NCBI GenBank assembly: GCA_041689715.1
Contig: JBDNFQ010000202.1
Location: 1 to 42,607, forward strand
Direction: 5' to 3'
DNA from: Bacteroidia bacterium
GTDB lineage: Bacteria > Bacteroidota > Bacteroidia > NS11-12g > UBA9320
Length of the DNA stretch: 42,607 nucleotides
The position numbers and the translations under genes were made by a program. The notes under the pieces were generated by a model. The model saw nothing but the letters and a program-made list of their open reading frames with translations. It searched no databases and had not been told where the DNA came from. Positions 8,601 through 16,888 of this stretch are shown here, one piece after another; positions within the stretch are counted from its first letter, which is position 1, and each line of letters opens with the position of its first letter.

Positions 8601-11263
8601 CTGTCTGCATTGATAGCAACGGCATAGTAAGAACCTGCTGCTGTAGCGGTATAGCTAGTTCCAGTTACTACCAAGGTACTAGGTGATAAGTACCATTTGA
8701 TGCCTACAGTACCTACCGAAGCTGCTGCGTATAAGGTAGTGCTTATAGGTGTAGTAGGAGTAGTGTTACAGTATTCTGTAGGATCTCCTGTTGTAATATT
8801 AATTTCTGGTGCGGGTATTACTACTACATTATGTGTTTCAGAAACTGAGATAGGGCAAGCTCCTCCGTAGTTTACAGTTAAAGTAATCACGTATGCTCCG
8901 GGATCATCATATGTGTTAGACACAGAGGTTCCACTTCCTGTATTTCCGTCACCAAAAATCCAAGCATAGCTCACTGCACTTGTAGTAGTTGTTGCGGTTA
9001 GTAAGTCACTGGCACAGATAGTATCAGGAGCAATGATATTTGGACTTGGGACTGGACGTACATATACTAATACGGAATCTTTTATAGTCAGATTGCAAAG
9101 TGTTCTTTCCAATACTATCCAAGCATTTCCTGTATAGTTATTGGTTTGAATTTCTATTGTATTGCTGTACTGACCCACATTTACACTACCTGCTATACTT
9201 GGGTTAATAGACCATTCATAATTGGTACCATACGTAGACGTGCTGTAATTAGCAAAACCATTAGAACAAACAGTATCTGGACCATTTATTACTGAAGCTG
9301 TAAGAGGTAAGTAGCTTGCAACATTAAGCGTATCATTTGCAGATATACATCCCGTTTTAAGGTCTTGAGCATTTGCTATAACCATATAAGGACCAGTAGC
9401 AGCCCAAGTTACGTTGTTGGTAGAACCAATACCTGAGGTAGGAGTGCCATTAGCTACAGTCCAGTTTACAGTATGCAATGCATCTGCAACTATACCTGTA
9501 TACATTTGGCTAGAGTTAGGGCAAACCGTATCTTGACCCACTACAGATGGAGGCAATGGGCTTTCATTTACTACTACTATCATACTTTCTGTTTTATTAC
9601 AGTGCTTGTCATCCGCATCCGTTTTAGAAACAGTGAATATACCTGGACCATAGGACCAAGTTCCCGTAAATGGACTTACGGATAATGCTGTGGTAGAGGT
9701 CATCAAAGTACCAGAAGCGTCAAATATTTCCCAAAATACATTAGTAGGTGCAGGTGTATATGAGTTAAAATTAAAGCTTTGATTTTCACAGAACTCTGTA
9801 GCTCCAAAAATATAAAACTGTGGTTTTACGTTGATAGGGATGAATAAATCCCCACCACATTCTAGGTCTGTAATACTACCATTAGTATTGTGAAAATACT
9901 CTACCCAAATACTGCCTGAGCCTAGAGTCCCGTTTGAGCAGATTTCTATTTTATGCGTATTTATAGTGTCTGGATTGATATAGAACATTCCAGGAGGTAG
10001 GTGCCAAATTATACTATCAATAGGAATAGCACAATCTATTTGAATGGTTTGACATCCGTATTGACACATTAGCGTGTCGACATCGTAAGTAGGTGCAGTA
10101 GGAATAACTGGCACAACTAAAGAAGTAGGAGTAGAGCAAAAACCTGCACAACTTGGAGTAGCTAGTGTAAGTACTGCTGGAGAAACCCCAGACCATTGCA
10201 CTGTCACTTCTGAAGTGCCTGTGCCACCTAGTATGGTGCCATTGGTAATAGACCAATTATAGGTGAGGCATACAGCATTTGTAGAATAAGTAATGGGAGA
10301 ACCTGGACAGACAGTGCTCACACACTGTATATCTGGACCCGGAGTAGAATTTACATTCACTGTTACGCTAGCAGTATCTTTACATCCACACTCATTGGTT
10401 ACTATTAGCATTGCAGTATGAATGCCTGAAGTATTGTATTGGTGAGAAACATCGCCTGCTCCGGGAGCAAATAGTAAATCTCCATCGCCATCACCAAAAA
10501 ACCACTCATAAGTGAACAAATCAGATCCCCCATCTGCAGAAGAGGTATTATCAAAAAATACAGATTGTCCTAAACAGATAGTAACAACGCCACCAGAAGC
10601 AGCAGGTATTGTGATAAAAGAGGCTGAAGGTCTTGGAATTACATCTATGCATATTTTATCTTCTGCTACACATCCTGCGGCAGTAGTTTCAGTAACTTGT
10701 AGTGTGCCTAGGCCCACATTTTCCCAATACACATTTATGGTATTGCCTGTTATAGTATAGTTAGTAGTTCCCGTGACTACCCAAGTGTATGTGCTACTTA
10801 TATTGTCTGCTGTAGAATAGCTAATCCAAGTAGAGTCACATGCTGATACGCATAAATCGTCTTTCCGTCCATCAGCTGAACCTTGTTTAGACGTGTCTAG
10901 ATTACAAATAGGAGCGATACTCGGAATAATTTCAGGTGTAGGCAATGCATTCACCATTACGTTCATTATTTTGGTGCAAAGAATCGTATTTGCCGAGTCT
11001 TTGATAACTACTGTAACTTGTCCGGATCCTGCAAATCCCCAATTCACATTGACTGAGGGTAAGGTGTTAGAGCCTGCTATGGTGCCGCCAAAGGCACCCC
11101 AAGAGTACTGATAGCCACCCGCATAACCTGAGTTATAGGATTGCGACTCATTTTGGCACACTGTAGAATCTCCGTAAATGGAGCAGTCTGTTGTTTGTGC
11201 TTCAGCTTGCAGACTCAAAAGTCCTAAGAAGAAGCAAAAAAGTAAGGTTAGTTTTACATTCAT
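5615..11263 (-). CDS. Giant secreted cysteine-rich PKD/Ig-like/SprB-repeat surface protein with a T9SS C-terminal sorting domain
   Basis: 1882 aa. Signal peptide is MNVKLTLLFCFFLGLLSLQAEA. There are several PKD signatures (WFFGDGDG, WIFGDGNTG, WQFGDGAS with ...Y..AG.Y...L.V), one SprB-like repeat (GGYVPYDYLWTT...GNYGVDIYDAKGC), three unassigned Cys-framed repeats, and the CTD YLSVYPNPASEVITV...GLYIIEIE...IKLIID. Confidence 0.9.
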   Translation of the reverse strand: MNVKLTLLFCFFLGLLSLQAEAQTTDCSIYGDSTVCQNESQSYNSGYAGGYQYSWGAFGGTIAGSNTLPSVNVNWGFAGSGQVTVVIKDSANTILCTKIMNVMVNALPTPEIIPSIAPICNLDTSKQGSADGRKDDLCVSACDSTWISYSTADNISSTYTWVVTGTTNYTITGNTINVYWENVGLGTLQVTETTAAGCVAEDKICIDVIPRPSASFITIPAASGGVVTICLGQSVFFDNTSSADGGSDLFTYEWFFGDGDGDLLFAPGAGDVSHQYNTSGIHTAMLIVTNECGCKDTASVTVNVNSTPGPDIQCVSTVCPGSPITYSTNAVCLTYNWSITNGTILGGTGTSEVTVQWSGVSPAVLTLATPSCAGFCSTPTSLVVPVIPTAPTYDVDTLMCQYGCQTIQIDCAIPIDSIIWHLPPGMFYINPDTINTHKIEICSNGTLGSGSIWVEYFHNTNGSITDLECGGDLFIPINVKPQFYIFGATEFCENQSFNFNSYTPAPTNVFWEIFDASGTLMTSTTALSVSPFTGTWSYGPGIFTVSKTDADDKHCNKTESMIVVVNESPLPPSVVGQDTVCPNSSQMYTGIVADALHTVNWTVANGTPTSGIGSTNNVTWAATGPYMVIANAQDLKTGCISANDTLNVASYLPLTASVINGPDTVCSNGFANYSTSTYGTNYEWSINPSIAGSVNVGQYSNTIEIQTNNYTGNAWIVLERTLCNLTIKDSVLVYVRPVPSPNIIAPDTICASDLLTATTTTSAVSYAWIFGDGNTGSGTSVSNTYDDPGAYVITLTVNYGGACPISVSETHNVVVIPAPEINITTGDPTEYCNTTPTTPISTTLYAAASVGTVGIKWYLSPSTLVVTGTSYTATAAGSYYAVAINADSCSSTSNTINIRYINCGSCKPENHSLSFTIDRLGCNTDSFTYSASNVFDLNWDFDDDFNPGSNSATGNNVLHTYTEPGIYRTELCGKVPDANATSSDSCRVCVQVSDTINYVPDFYPIINCVDYSTSYTVTFDNTTKIFALAPSPTYTWHINGGATASTSTDFTTSLSPGTYNITLKVVGICEFTQSITIVAPTAASFTSVDSVCVGVPVQFTNNSAPILGLDWQFGDGASSLLDDPVRAYSAAGVYITTLTITNQYGCLANSQQSITVLPNTLSGTLALSGPDEFCFGDSVNITANITGGYVPYDYLWTTIETTQTIKTKQTGNYGVDIYDAKGCFLKVADTTILVNPIPNATILGENEYCFNNGEFVFVASPNMGHTFSWSFDGGSYSTGSNSFYPANSVGSHSAIVEVTNTFGCTARDTFNYVVNGLPPLTIATTGTLCQGDNNILVASSTSTILDFYYWSTGLVNDSLVTPIPNIYQATVVDSNGCENSKKVIIHRLPDLCGMMTGCYDICDTVTSLKWYSPIGYASYQWYFNGNSILGATTSVLDVPLHQSGIYTVVITNVAGCEIESEDIAIDFVDCSYDNCNIYACVMLECGKIDAAGNQQYNMAFILNNTVSSGANLSVTSPDGTIVAITPATLVLGLNTVNAVFTDISPLTGTACFTFTISDQKNKCDTIVCMTLPNCPKDECEVTIKPQQSFTCAGLDGSGNPMYYGCMDILWSGNSGSEVTLSSPSSTFSPSPMLINNGINTVCFTYTDLPSYSPGGINIVAYIYNPITKETCKKDFVIKTDDCGELCDLKVEKLRAQCNKQLADGTWNYVLNFDILNSTGGPANVQILPIAEGTFSSITPNPVPVNWNSMTAIFTDNSVSDAGNKICFRILITNPANGSKCYADVCVELPKCDKVSVPNMDINQYLSVYPNPASEVITVTTDGIYGDCEIRLLTVDGKLLYTGKLSSFKKEKVIDVSAFKAGLYIIEIENEESVKQRIKLIID

Positions 11264-11569
11264 AATTGTATTTGCTTTAATTGTTAGTACAATATAATAA
11301 ACCTAACCTAACATGAAATTTAATTTTCCTTTAAGAAGTACGTATGTAGAAGTCTGTCGGGCAAAAGGGTAATGCTCTTGCAATGAGGGCAACACTTATA
11401 TAGAGTAATATCATACTGCGTTAATGCTTTTTAATATTTTCTCTTTTTTTAGCTCTTAGAGATGAAGGATTTGACTCTGGTGTGAGTCCATTAAACAAAT
11501 GCAAATACCACAAATGATTGAATAAGATCATAAAAGTACTTGTCGGCCTCTTTATGGTTGTACAATTCC

Positions 11570-11713
11570 TCAGTTACTATGAGTTTTTTTCACGGCATCT
11601 ATGCCTTCTACTAACACATTGGCATCTTTCTTACTACTATTTCTGTACATCGCAAAGAGGATGAGAGCACCAACAAGTATACCGAGTAATACGTATTTGA
11701 GTTGTTTTATCAT
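11570..11713 (-). CDS. Small hypothetical single-pass membrane protein (47 aa, below the ORF-track cutoff)
   Basis: Hand translation gives MIKQLKYVLLGILVGALILFAMYRNSSKKDANVLVEGIDAVKKTHSN. It has an ATG start, a TGA stop, one clean hydrophobic helix and then a basic stretch. It has no known family, so it could be spurious. Confidence 0.35.
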   Translation of the reverse strand: MIKQLKYVLLGILVGALILFAMYRNSSKKDANVLVEGIDAVKKTHSN

Positions 11714-11833
11714 AACAGATAGTATAGGTAGAAAAGTTTATTCGCCGCGGCTAAAAGTTAAATTCTGAGTTTCAATTTAGTACTTTAGAAAGCCAGTGAA
11801 GTTGGAATGACTCCAATCATAAACTCAGAACAT

Positions 11834-11868
11834 TTTGAAGTATTGAATTAGAAATTAAATTAAATTTG
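11834..11868 (+). promoter_or_regulatory. Candidate promoter of the Cys/Met PLP enzyme gene (-33 TTTG, -7 TAAATTTG)
   Basis: TAAATTTG at 11861-11868 matches TAnnTTTG exactly and lies 19 nt before the ATG at 11888. A TTTG at 11834-11837 lies 23 nt upstream of the -7 box. Confidence 0.4.
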
Positions 11869-11887
11869 GACTCTATCATAAAAATAC

Positions 11888-13027
11888 ATGAAATTCGGAA
11901 CCAAAGCGATACATGGCGGACTAGAGCCAGATCCTGCTACAGGAGCAATAATGACACCTATATACCAAACGAGTACTTATGTGCAGGAGGGAATAGGAAT
12001 TCACAAAGGATATACATATAGTAGATCAGGTAACCCAACTAGGAATGCACTGGAAAACAACCTTGCTGCTATAGAGAATGGGAAGTACGGAGCTTGTTTT
12101 GGTAGTGGGCTAGCAGCTATAGACTGTGTGATTAAAATGCTAAATCCGGGAGATGAAGTGATATCTACCGATGATCTATATGGAGGTTCTTATCGTCTAT
12201 TTACCACTATTTACGAAAAATATGGTATCGTATTCCACTTTGTGAATATGCTAGATGTGCAGAATATTAAGAATGAAGTAAACGAAAATACAAAACTGAT
12301 ATGGGTTGAGACACCTACCAATCCTATGATGAATGTCATAGATATAGAAGGTGCAGCCAAAATAGCCAAAGAAGGAGGAGCTATGCTAGTTGTAGACAAT
12401 ACATTTGCTACTCCGTACTTACAAAATCCACTAGAACAAGGTGCGGACATAGTTATGCACTCCGCTACTAAGTACCTTGGCGGACATTCAGATGTGATAA
12501 TGGGAGCATTGGTGTGCAATGATGAGGCTATAGCAAAAGAGATGCACCGCATACAAAACAGTAGTGGAGCTGTGGCAGGACCTATGGATTCATTTCTAGT
12601 GCTTAGAGGTATCAAAACGCTACATGTGCGTATGCAGCGACATTGTGAAAATGGTGAGAAAATAGCTCGTTGGCTAAAAACACATTCCAAAGTAGATAAG
12701 GTGTACTGGCCAGGCTTCGAAGACCATCCCAATCATGCTATAGCCAAAAGGCAAATGCGAGGATACGGTGGCATGATATCCTTCTCACTAAAAGGCAACA
12801 TACTAGAAGATGCCAAGAAACTGGCGGTAGGAACCAAATTATTTGCCTTAGCAGAAAGTCTAGGTGGAGTAGAGAGTCTGATAGGTCATCCTGCTACTAT
12901 GACTCACGCTAGTATACCAAAAGAAGAACGCGAAAAAACGGGTATAGTAGATTCGCTTATCAGACTAAGCGTAGGTATAGAAGATGCGGATGATTTGATT
13001 GCAGATTTGGAAGGAGCGATGGGGTAG
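11888..13027 (+). CDS. Cys/Met-metabolism PLP-dependent enzyme (cystathionine gamma-synthase / beta- or gamma-lyase family)
   Basis: 379 aa. Motifs include TPIYQTSTY, YSRSGNPTR, DNTFATPY and SATKYLGGHSD (PLP lysine). The exact reaction (MetB, MetC or CGL) cannot be told from sequence by eye. Confidence 0.9.
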   Translation: MKFGTKAIHGGLEPDPATGAIMTPIYQTSTYVQEGIGIHKGYTYSRSGNPTRNALENNLAAIENGKYGACFGSGLAAIDCVIKMLNPGDEVISTDDLYGGSYRLFTTIYEKYGIVFHFVNMLDVQNIKNEVNENTKLIWVETPTNPMMNVIDIEGAAKIAKEGGAMLVVDNTFATPYLQNPLEQGADIVMHSATKYLGGHSDVIMGALVCNDEAIAKEMHRIQNSSGAVAGPMDSFLVLRGIKTLHVRMQRHCENGEKIARWLKTHSKVDKVYWPGFEDHPNHAIAKRQMRGYGGMISFSLKGNILEDAKKLAVGTKLFALAESLGGVESLIGHPATMTHASIPKEEREKTGIVDSLIRLSVGIEDADDLIADLEGAMG

Positions 13028-13080
13028 TGTAATTCTTAGCTGATGATTTATTTGAATTAAAAATAGAGTCTTTGTATAAA

Positions 13081-13869
13081 ATGTACCTCGCCAACACTAA
13101 ATCTGAACTTGACACCATCCTAGATAACCTTAATCCTCGAAATTTTATAGACAATGATCCTATTTCTATTCCGCATCGTTTTAAGACGAAGGAAGACATA
13201 GAAATATCAGCGTTCTTCGCAGCTATACTGGCTTGGGGACAGCGTAAGACTATCATTAATAATGCGAATAAACTAATGCATTGGATGGGAGAGGAGCCTC
13301 ACCGATTTATCCTAGAGCATTCGGATAATGAGTTAAAGCAATTTGAGAAATTTGTGCATCGCACGTTCAATTCTACTGATGTACTCTATTTTATAGAAGT
13401 ACTAAAGCATTGGTATACCGAAGGAAATTCGCTAGAAGATTATTTCGTAGGAGATACGATGAAGGACAAGCTATCCAACTTTCACATCGCATTTTTTGAT
13501 AATGATTTTGTGTCTGAAAGAACCCGAAAACATATCGCCAATCCTGCCAAAAACTCCTCGGCCAAGCGGCTGAATATGTATCTTCGGTGGATGGTGAGGG
13601 GTAAAGGTCGTCCAGAGGGCGACTCTGCTCAATGTGACTTAGATTCCCTTGACTTCGGTATTTGGCATTCCATAAGGCCTTCAGAACTCAAAATACCGCT
13701 AGATGTACACGTACAGAGAGCAGCTTTTCATTTTGGATTACTGACTCGTAAGCAGCAAGATTGGAAAGCGGTGGAGGAGCTAAGTGCTAACTTACTAGAA
13801 CTAGATTCTGTAGACCCTATTAAGTACGACCTAGCTCTCTTCAAATGGAGCGAAGGGAAGATGGATTAA
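13081..13869 (+). CDS. TIGR02757 (DUF2400) family protein, function unknown
   Basis: The N-terminus (...DPISIPHRF....DIEISAFFAAILAWGQRKTII) and the ~260-aa length match my memory of this sporadically distributed family. ATG 13081 is preferred over the TTG at 13072. Confidence 0.6.
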   Translation: MYLANTKSELDTILDNLNPRNFIDNDPISIPHRFKTKEDIEISAFFAAILAWGQRKTIINNANKLMHWMGEEPHRFILEHSDNELKQFEKFVHRTFNSTDVLYFIEVLKHWYTEGNSLEDYFVGDTMKDKLSNFHIAFFDNDFVSERTRKHIANPAKNSSAKRLNMYLRWMVRGKGRPEGDSAQCDLDSLDFGIWHSIRPSELKIPLDVHVQRAAFHFGLLTRKQQDWKAVEELSANLLELDSVDPIKYDLALFKWSEGKMD

Positions 13870-13940
13870 TATTATTAGAGAAAGAAGACAATTCTACCAT
13901 GTTCTCTAAGCCTCAATATCTTAAATTCGTACTCTTATCT

Positions 13941-16241
13941 ATGAAGAATTTATTCCTATTTTTATTCAGTATACTCTCGATAGCCGCCAGTAGTCAGACA
14001 CTGGTTATTAATGAGGTGATGGCTTCCAATGCAGTTACAATTGCCGATGAAGATGGGGACTATACTGATTGGCTAGAATTATACAATACAAGCAATACGA
14101 CTATAGACTTATCTCAGTATTGGCTTACGGATGATAAGGATGAGCAGAAAAAATGGCATTTACCGGCAATCCAACTCTTGCCTGATGAGCATCTGTTAGT
14201 ATTTTGCTCTGGTAAGGATAAACTTAGTGGAGAGTTGCATACCAATTTTAAGATAAGTGCTGCAGGAGAAAAAGTAAGAATATATAATGGATCTGGAACA
14301 GAGATAGACCAGCTTGAATCTATTGGTGTTTCTACAGACTTTAGTTTCGGTTCGAAAAAAGATGGCAGTGCAGAAAGAATAATATTTGAAGTGCCAACTC
14401 CTGGTTTTACTAATGGAGCAGAGTCTCCTTATTTTAATGCAGTTCGATTTTCGCAGAAGGGTGGTATCTATAGTCAGAGTTTCAGTCTTGAACTTACGGG
14501 TGATGACACCACAGATTTGTTTTATACCATAGATGGAAGTATCCCATCTGTACTGGGCATAGAATATAGCAACTCAATAGCATTAGATAAATCGCTATTG
14601 AGCACCAAGAACATAAGCGATATAGTGATGTCTCCAGACGATGTCAATCATTTGCCCGTAGGCGACTTTCCCCAAGTCATAGTGCTACGAGTAGCAAAGT
14701 TTTATAACGGCAAAAGAGTAAGCCCAGTGAGCACTCAAACATACCTCATAAAGGATCTCACCCTTCCCATAATAGAGTTGCCTATTGTATCTATAGCTAC
14801 AGATAGTCTTTCACTTTTTAGTCAAGACACAGGGATTTTTGTTCCTGGAATTCATTTCGATAATTCAGATCCCAACTTTAGTGGCAATTACTTTCAATCG
14901 GGTCAAGAATGGGAAAGATTAATTAACGTAGAATACTTTTCTCCTCAGAGTAACCAGAGCTTTAATCAAGAATGTGGTGTAAGGATGCATGGGAGTGGTA
15001 GCCGAAAACCGCCTCAGAAGGCAATGAAACTCTATGCTAGAAGTACATATGGCAAATCTACCTTTGATGCAGAGGTACTAACAGAAAAACCATTTATCAG
15101 TTTCAAAAGACTAATGCTGAAACCCTTTTACTCCTCTTGGAGTCAAAATGGATGTACCGACTACATAGCCGGCCGTATGGCTAAAAATCTGAATGTAGAG
15201 TATCTAGCTGCCGAGCCTATTTTACTATTTGTAAATGGAGAGTATTGGGGTATCTATTATCTACAAGAAAGGTTAGACGAAAGGTATATTGAGCAAAATA
15301 CTGGAGTAGAGGAAGATAGCATCGATATTATAGAGAGTTGGTATGGCCAAGTAAATGAAGGTAACAACAAAAATTTCAGTGCTTTATATGATTTTATAGA
15401 AGACAATGATCTCACAAACTCCACGAATTATAAGAGAGTAAGTGAATGGATGGATATTGATAATTTTATAGACTATCAAATATTCGAAGCCTTTATTTCT
15501 AATTACGATTGGCCATCTAATAACATGAAGTGCTGGCGAGATAGAAAAGAAGGAGCCAAATGGAGGTGGATATTTTTTGACGCTGATGGAGCATTAGAAA
15601 ATATTACTTTTAATGGGCTTGTACATTCTACGGATATTAATGGCACTGGTTGGCCTTCTAGTCCAAGGTCCACTCTGTTTTTACGAAAATTACTAGAAAA
15701 CACTACTTTTAGTGAGAAATATAAGCAAAGACTTAGGCAGCTTTTAAATGACGAGTTGTATACTAATGACCTGCAGACCTTGGTAGATAACTTGGGATAC
15801 TTACTCAATGATGAGATAGAAAATCAGTCCAAACGATTCGGGAAACCAATATCTGTATCTGAATGGAAAAAAAGTATGTCAGGCCTTAGGTACTTTTTAG
15901 GGGTTAGGGCTTGTTGGATGGTGGTGCATGCAGAAGAAATGTTCGGTGAAAAATTCTTTGTAGATGGATGTATATTGACTGCTGATATTACCCATTCAAT
16001 TAGTGTAATACCCAACCCTACAGAAGGAAAGTGTCAAATAGTTTTTAATTCTGATTACAAGGAAGATGCGGTCATCGAAGTCTTAAACACTCAAGGCCAA
16101 GTAGTCCTTAGTAGCTCGGATAGAATTAATAAGAATATAAATACGCTTAACTTGACCTTAGATGGTTTTTCGAGTGGATTATACTTTGTACGGGTAATAA
16201 GCAGTAACCAAACTTTTTCGGGTAAAGTATTACTGAAGTAA
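13941..16241 (+). CDS. CotH-family protein with N-terminal lamin-tail domain and T9SS C-terminal sorting domain
   Basis: Signal peptide MKNLFLFLFSILSIAASSQ begins at ATG 13941. The LTD signature is LVINEVMASN...DWLELYN...DLSQYWLTDD. The central part has CotH-like length and motifs. The CTD is ISVIPNPTEGKCQIVF...GLYFVRV...GKVLLK. Confidence 0.75.
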   Translation: MKNLFLFLFSILSIAASSQTLVINEVMASNAVTIADEDGDYTDWLELYNTSNTTIDLSQYWLTDDKDEQKKWHLPAIQLLPDEHLLVFCSGKDKLSGELHTNFKISAAGEKVRIYNGSGTEIDQLESIGVSTDFSFGSKKDGSAERIIFEVPTPGFTNGAESPYFNAVRFSQKGGIYSQSFSLELTGDDTTDLFYTIDGSIPSVLGIEYSNSIALDKSLLSTKNISDIVMSPDDVNHLPVGDFPQVIVLRVAKFYNGKRVSPVSTQTYLIKDLTLPIIELPIVSIATDSLSLFSQDTGIFVPGIHFDNSDPNFSGNYFQSGQEWERLINVEYFSPQSNQSFNQECGVRMHGSGSRKPPQKAMKLYARSTYGKSTFDAEVLTEKPFISFKRLMLKPFYSSWSQNGCTDYIAGRMAKNLNVEYLAAEPILLFVNGEYWGIYYLQERLDERYIEQNTGVEEDSIDIIESWYGQVNEGNNKNFSALYDFIEDNDLTNSTNYKRVSEWMDIDNFIDYQIFEAFISNYDWPSNNMKCWRDRKEGAKWRWIFFDADGALENITFNGLVHSTDINGTGWPSSPRSTLFLRKLLENTTFSEKYKQRLRQLLNDELYTNDLQTLVDNLGYLLNDEIENQSKRFGKPISVSEWKKSMSGLRYFLGVRACWMVVHAEEMFGEKFFVDGCILTADITHSISVIPNPTEGKCQIVFNSDYKEDAVIEVLNTQGQVVLSSSDRINKNINTLNLTLDGFSSGLYFVRVISSNQTFSGKVLLK

Positions 16242-16297
16242 GATTTCCTATACTACAGGAGAATAATAATAAGCTTTCTAGGAAATGAAAGTGTACG

Positions 16298-16855
16298 CTA
16301 GACAGAAATATCCAGTTTATGTTTGGAGACTAATCCTGCCAAACCATAAGCAGTAAACTTAGCTCCAGTCATAGTATTCAAACTAGGGTCTAGGTTATAG
16401 TTACTAGCAGTCCTAAAATCAGCTTTGGATAAGTTAGTCTTCTCAAAACTAGTACCATATAAGTCGCACCCACTAAAATCAGCAGCTACTATGTCTGCTT
16501 CTACAAAGTCTGAGTCTCTCAGCGAGCAGTTTGTGAAATCTATTTTTGGTAGCTTTAGTTTGTAGAAAGAAGTATAATCCAACTGACAATTATTAAATCG
16601 CATCTCTAATAAAAAGGTATTTGCATTAGCAAAATGAATACCCATTAGCTTGCATTCATTGAATGTCACGTCTTTAAAAGCGGTGTTTTTTATCTTAGCA
16701 TTCGTGAGGTTACAATTAGTAAATGAGCATTCTTCAAAACTGACATCACGTAAATCAAGGTCAGAAAAATCGCAATTTCGGAAAACACATTGTTCGTATT
16801 CTTGCTCTAAATTAGCTTGTTGTATTTTGCAGCTATCAAGTGTTTCGTTGTGCAT
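16298..16855 (-). CDS. Pentapeptide-repeat protein
   Basis: 185 aa made almost entirely of A(D/N)LxF-type pentapeptides, for example FRNCDFSDLDLRDVSFEECSFTNCNLTNAKIKNTAFKDVTFNECKL. Confidence 0.85.
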   Translation of the reverse strand: MHNETLDSCKIQQANLEQEYEQCVFRNCDFSDLDLRDVSFEECSFTNCNLTNAKIKNTAFKDVTFNECKLMGIHFANANTFLLEMRFNNCQLDYTSFYKLKLPKIDFTNCSLRDSDFVEADIVAADFSGCDLYGTSFEKTNLSKADFRTASNYNLDPSLNTMTGAKFTAYGLAGLVSKHKLDISV

Positions 16856-16888
16856 TATAAACTTAGATTCTTCTTGTTTGGCTTTCTT

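Noticed and set aside
5946-11111. About a dozen 61-118-aa ORFs on both strands within the 5615-11263 gene
   Set aside because: They are alternative-frame or antisense ORFs inside a long coding region that has continuous domain signatures. None has its own start context or motifs.
11714-11887. SAM riboswitch or T-box leader upstream of the Cys/Met PLP enzyme gene
   Set aside because: The conserved SAM-I core elements are not visible, and there is no T-box sequence. The best promoter match lies downstream of the inverted repeat, leaving a leader of only about 13 nt. It is kept as an unexplained inverted repeat.
12211-12732. 173-aa minus-strand ORF
   Set aside because: It is antisense to the PLP enzyme gene, Ser/Cys/Ile-rich, and has no motifs.
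13845-13940. N-terminal 32-codon extension of the CotH ORF, overlapping the upstream gene
   Set aside because: A typical signal peptide begins at the internal ATG 13941. The extension is hydrophilic and overlaps the TIGR02757 gene by 25 nt.
16243-16286. 8-bp inverted repeat (atttccta/taggaaat) between the convergent CotH and pentapeptide genes
   Set aside because: The 28-nt loop and the lack of a T tract make it weak as a terminator, so it is not listed as a feature.
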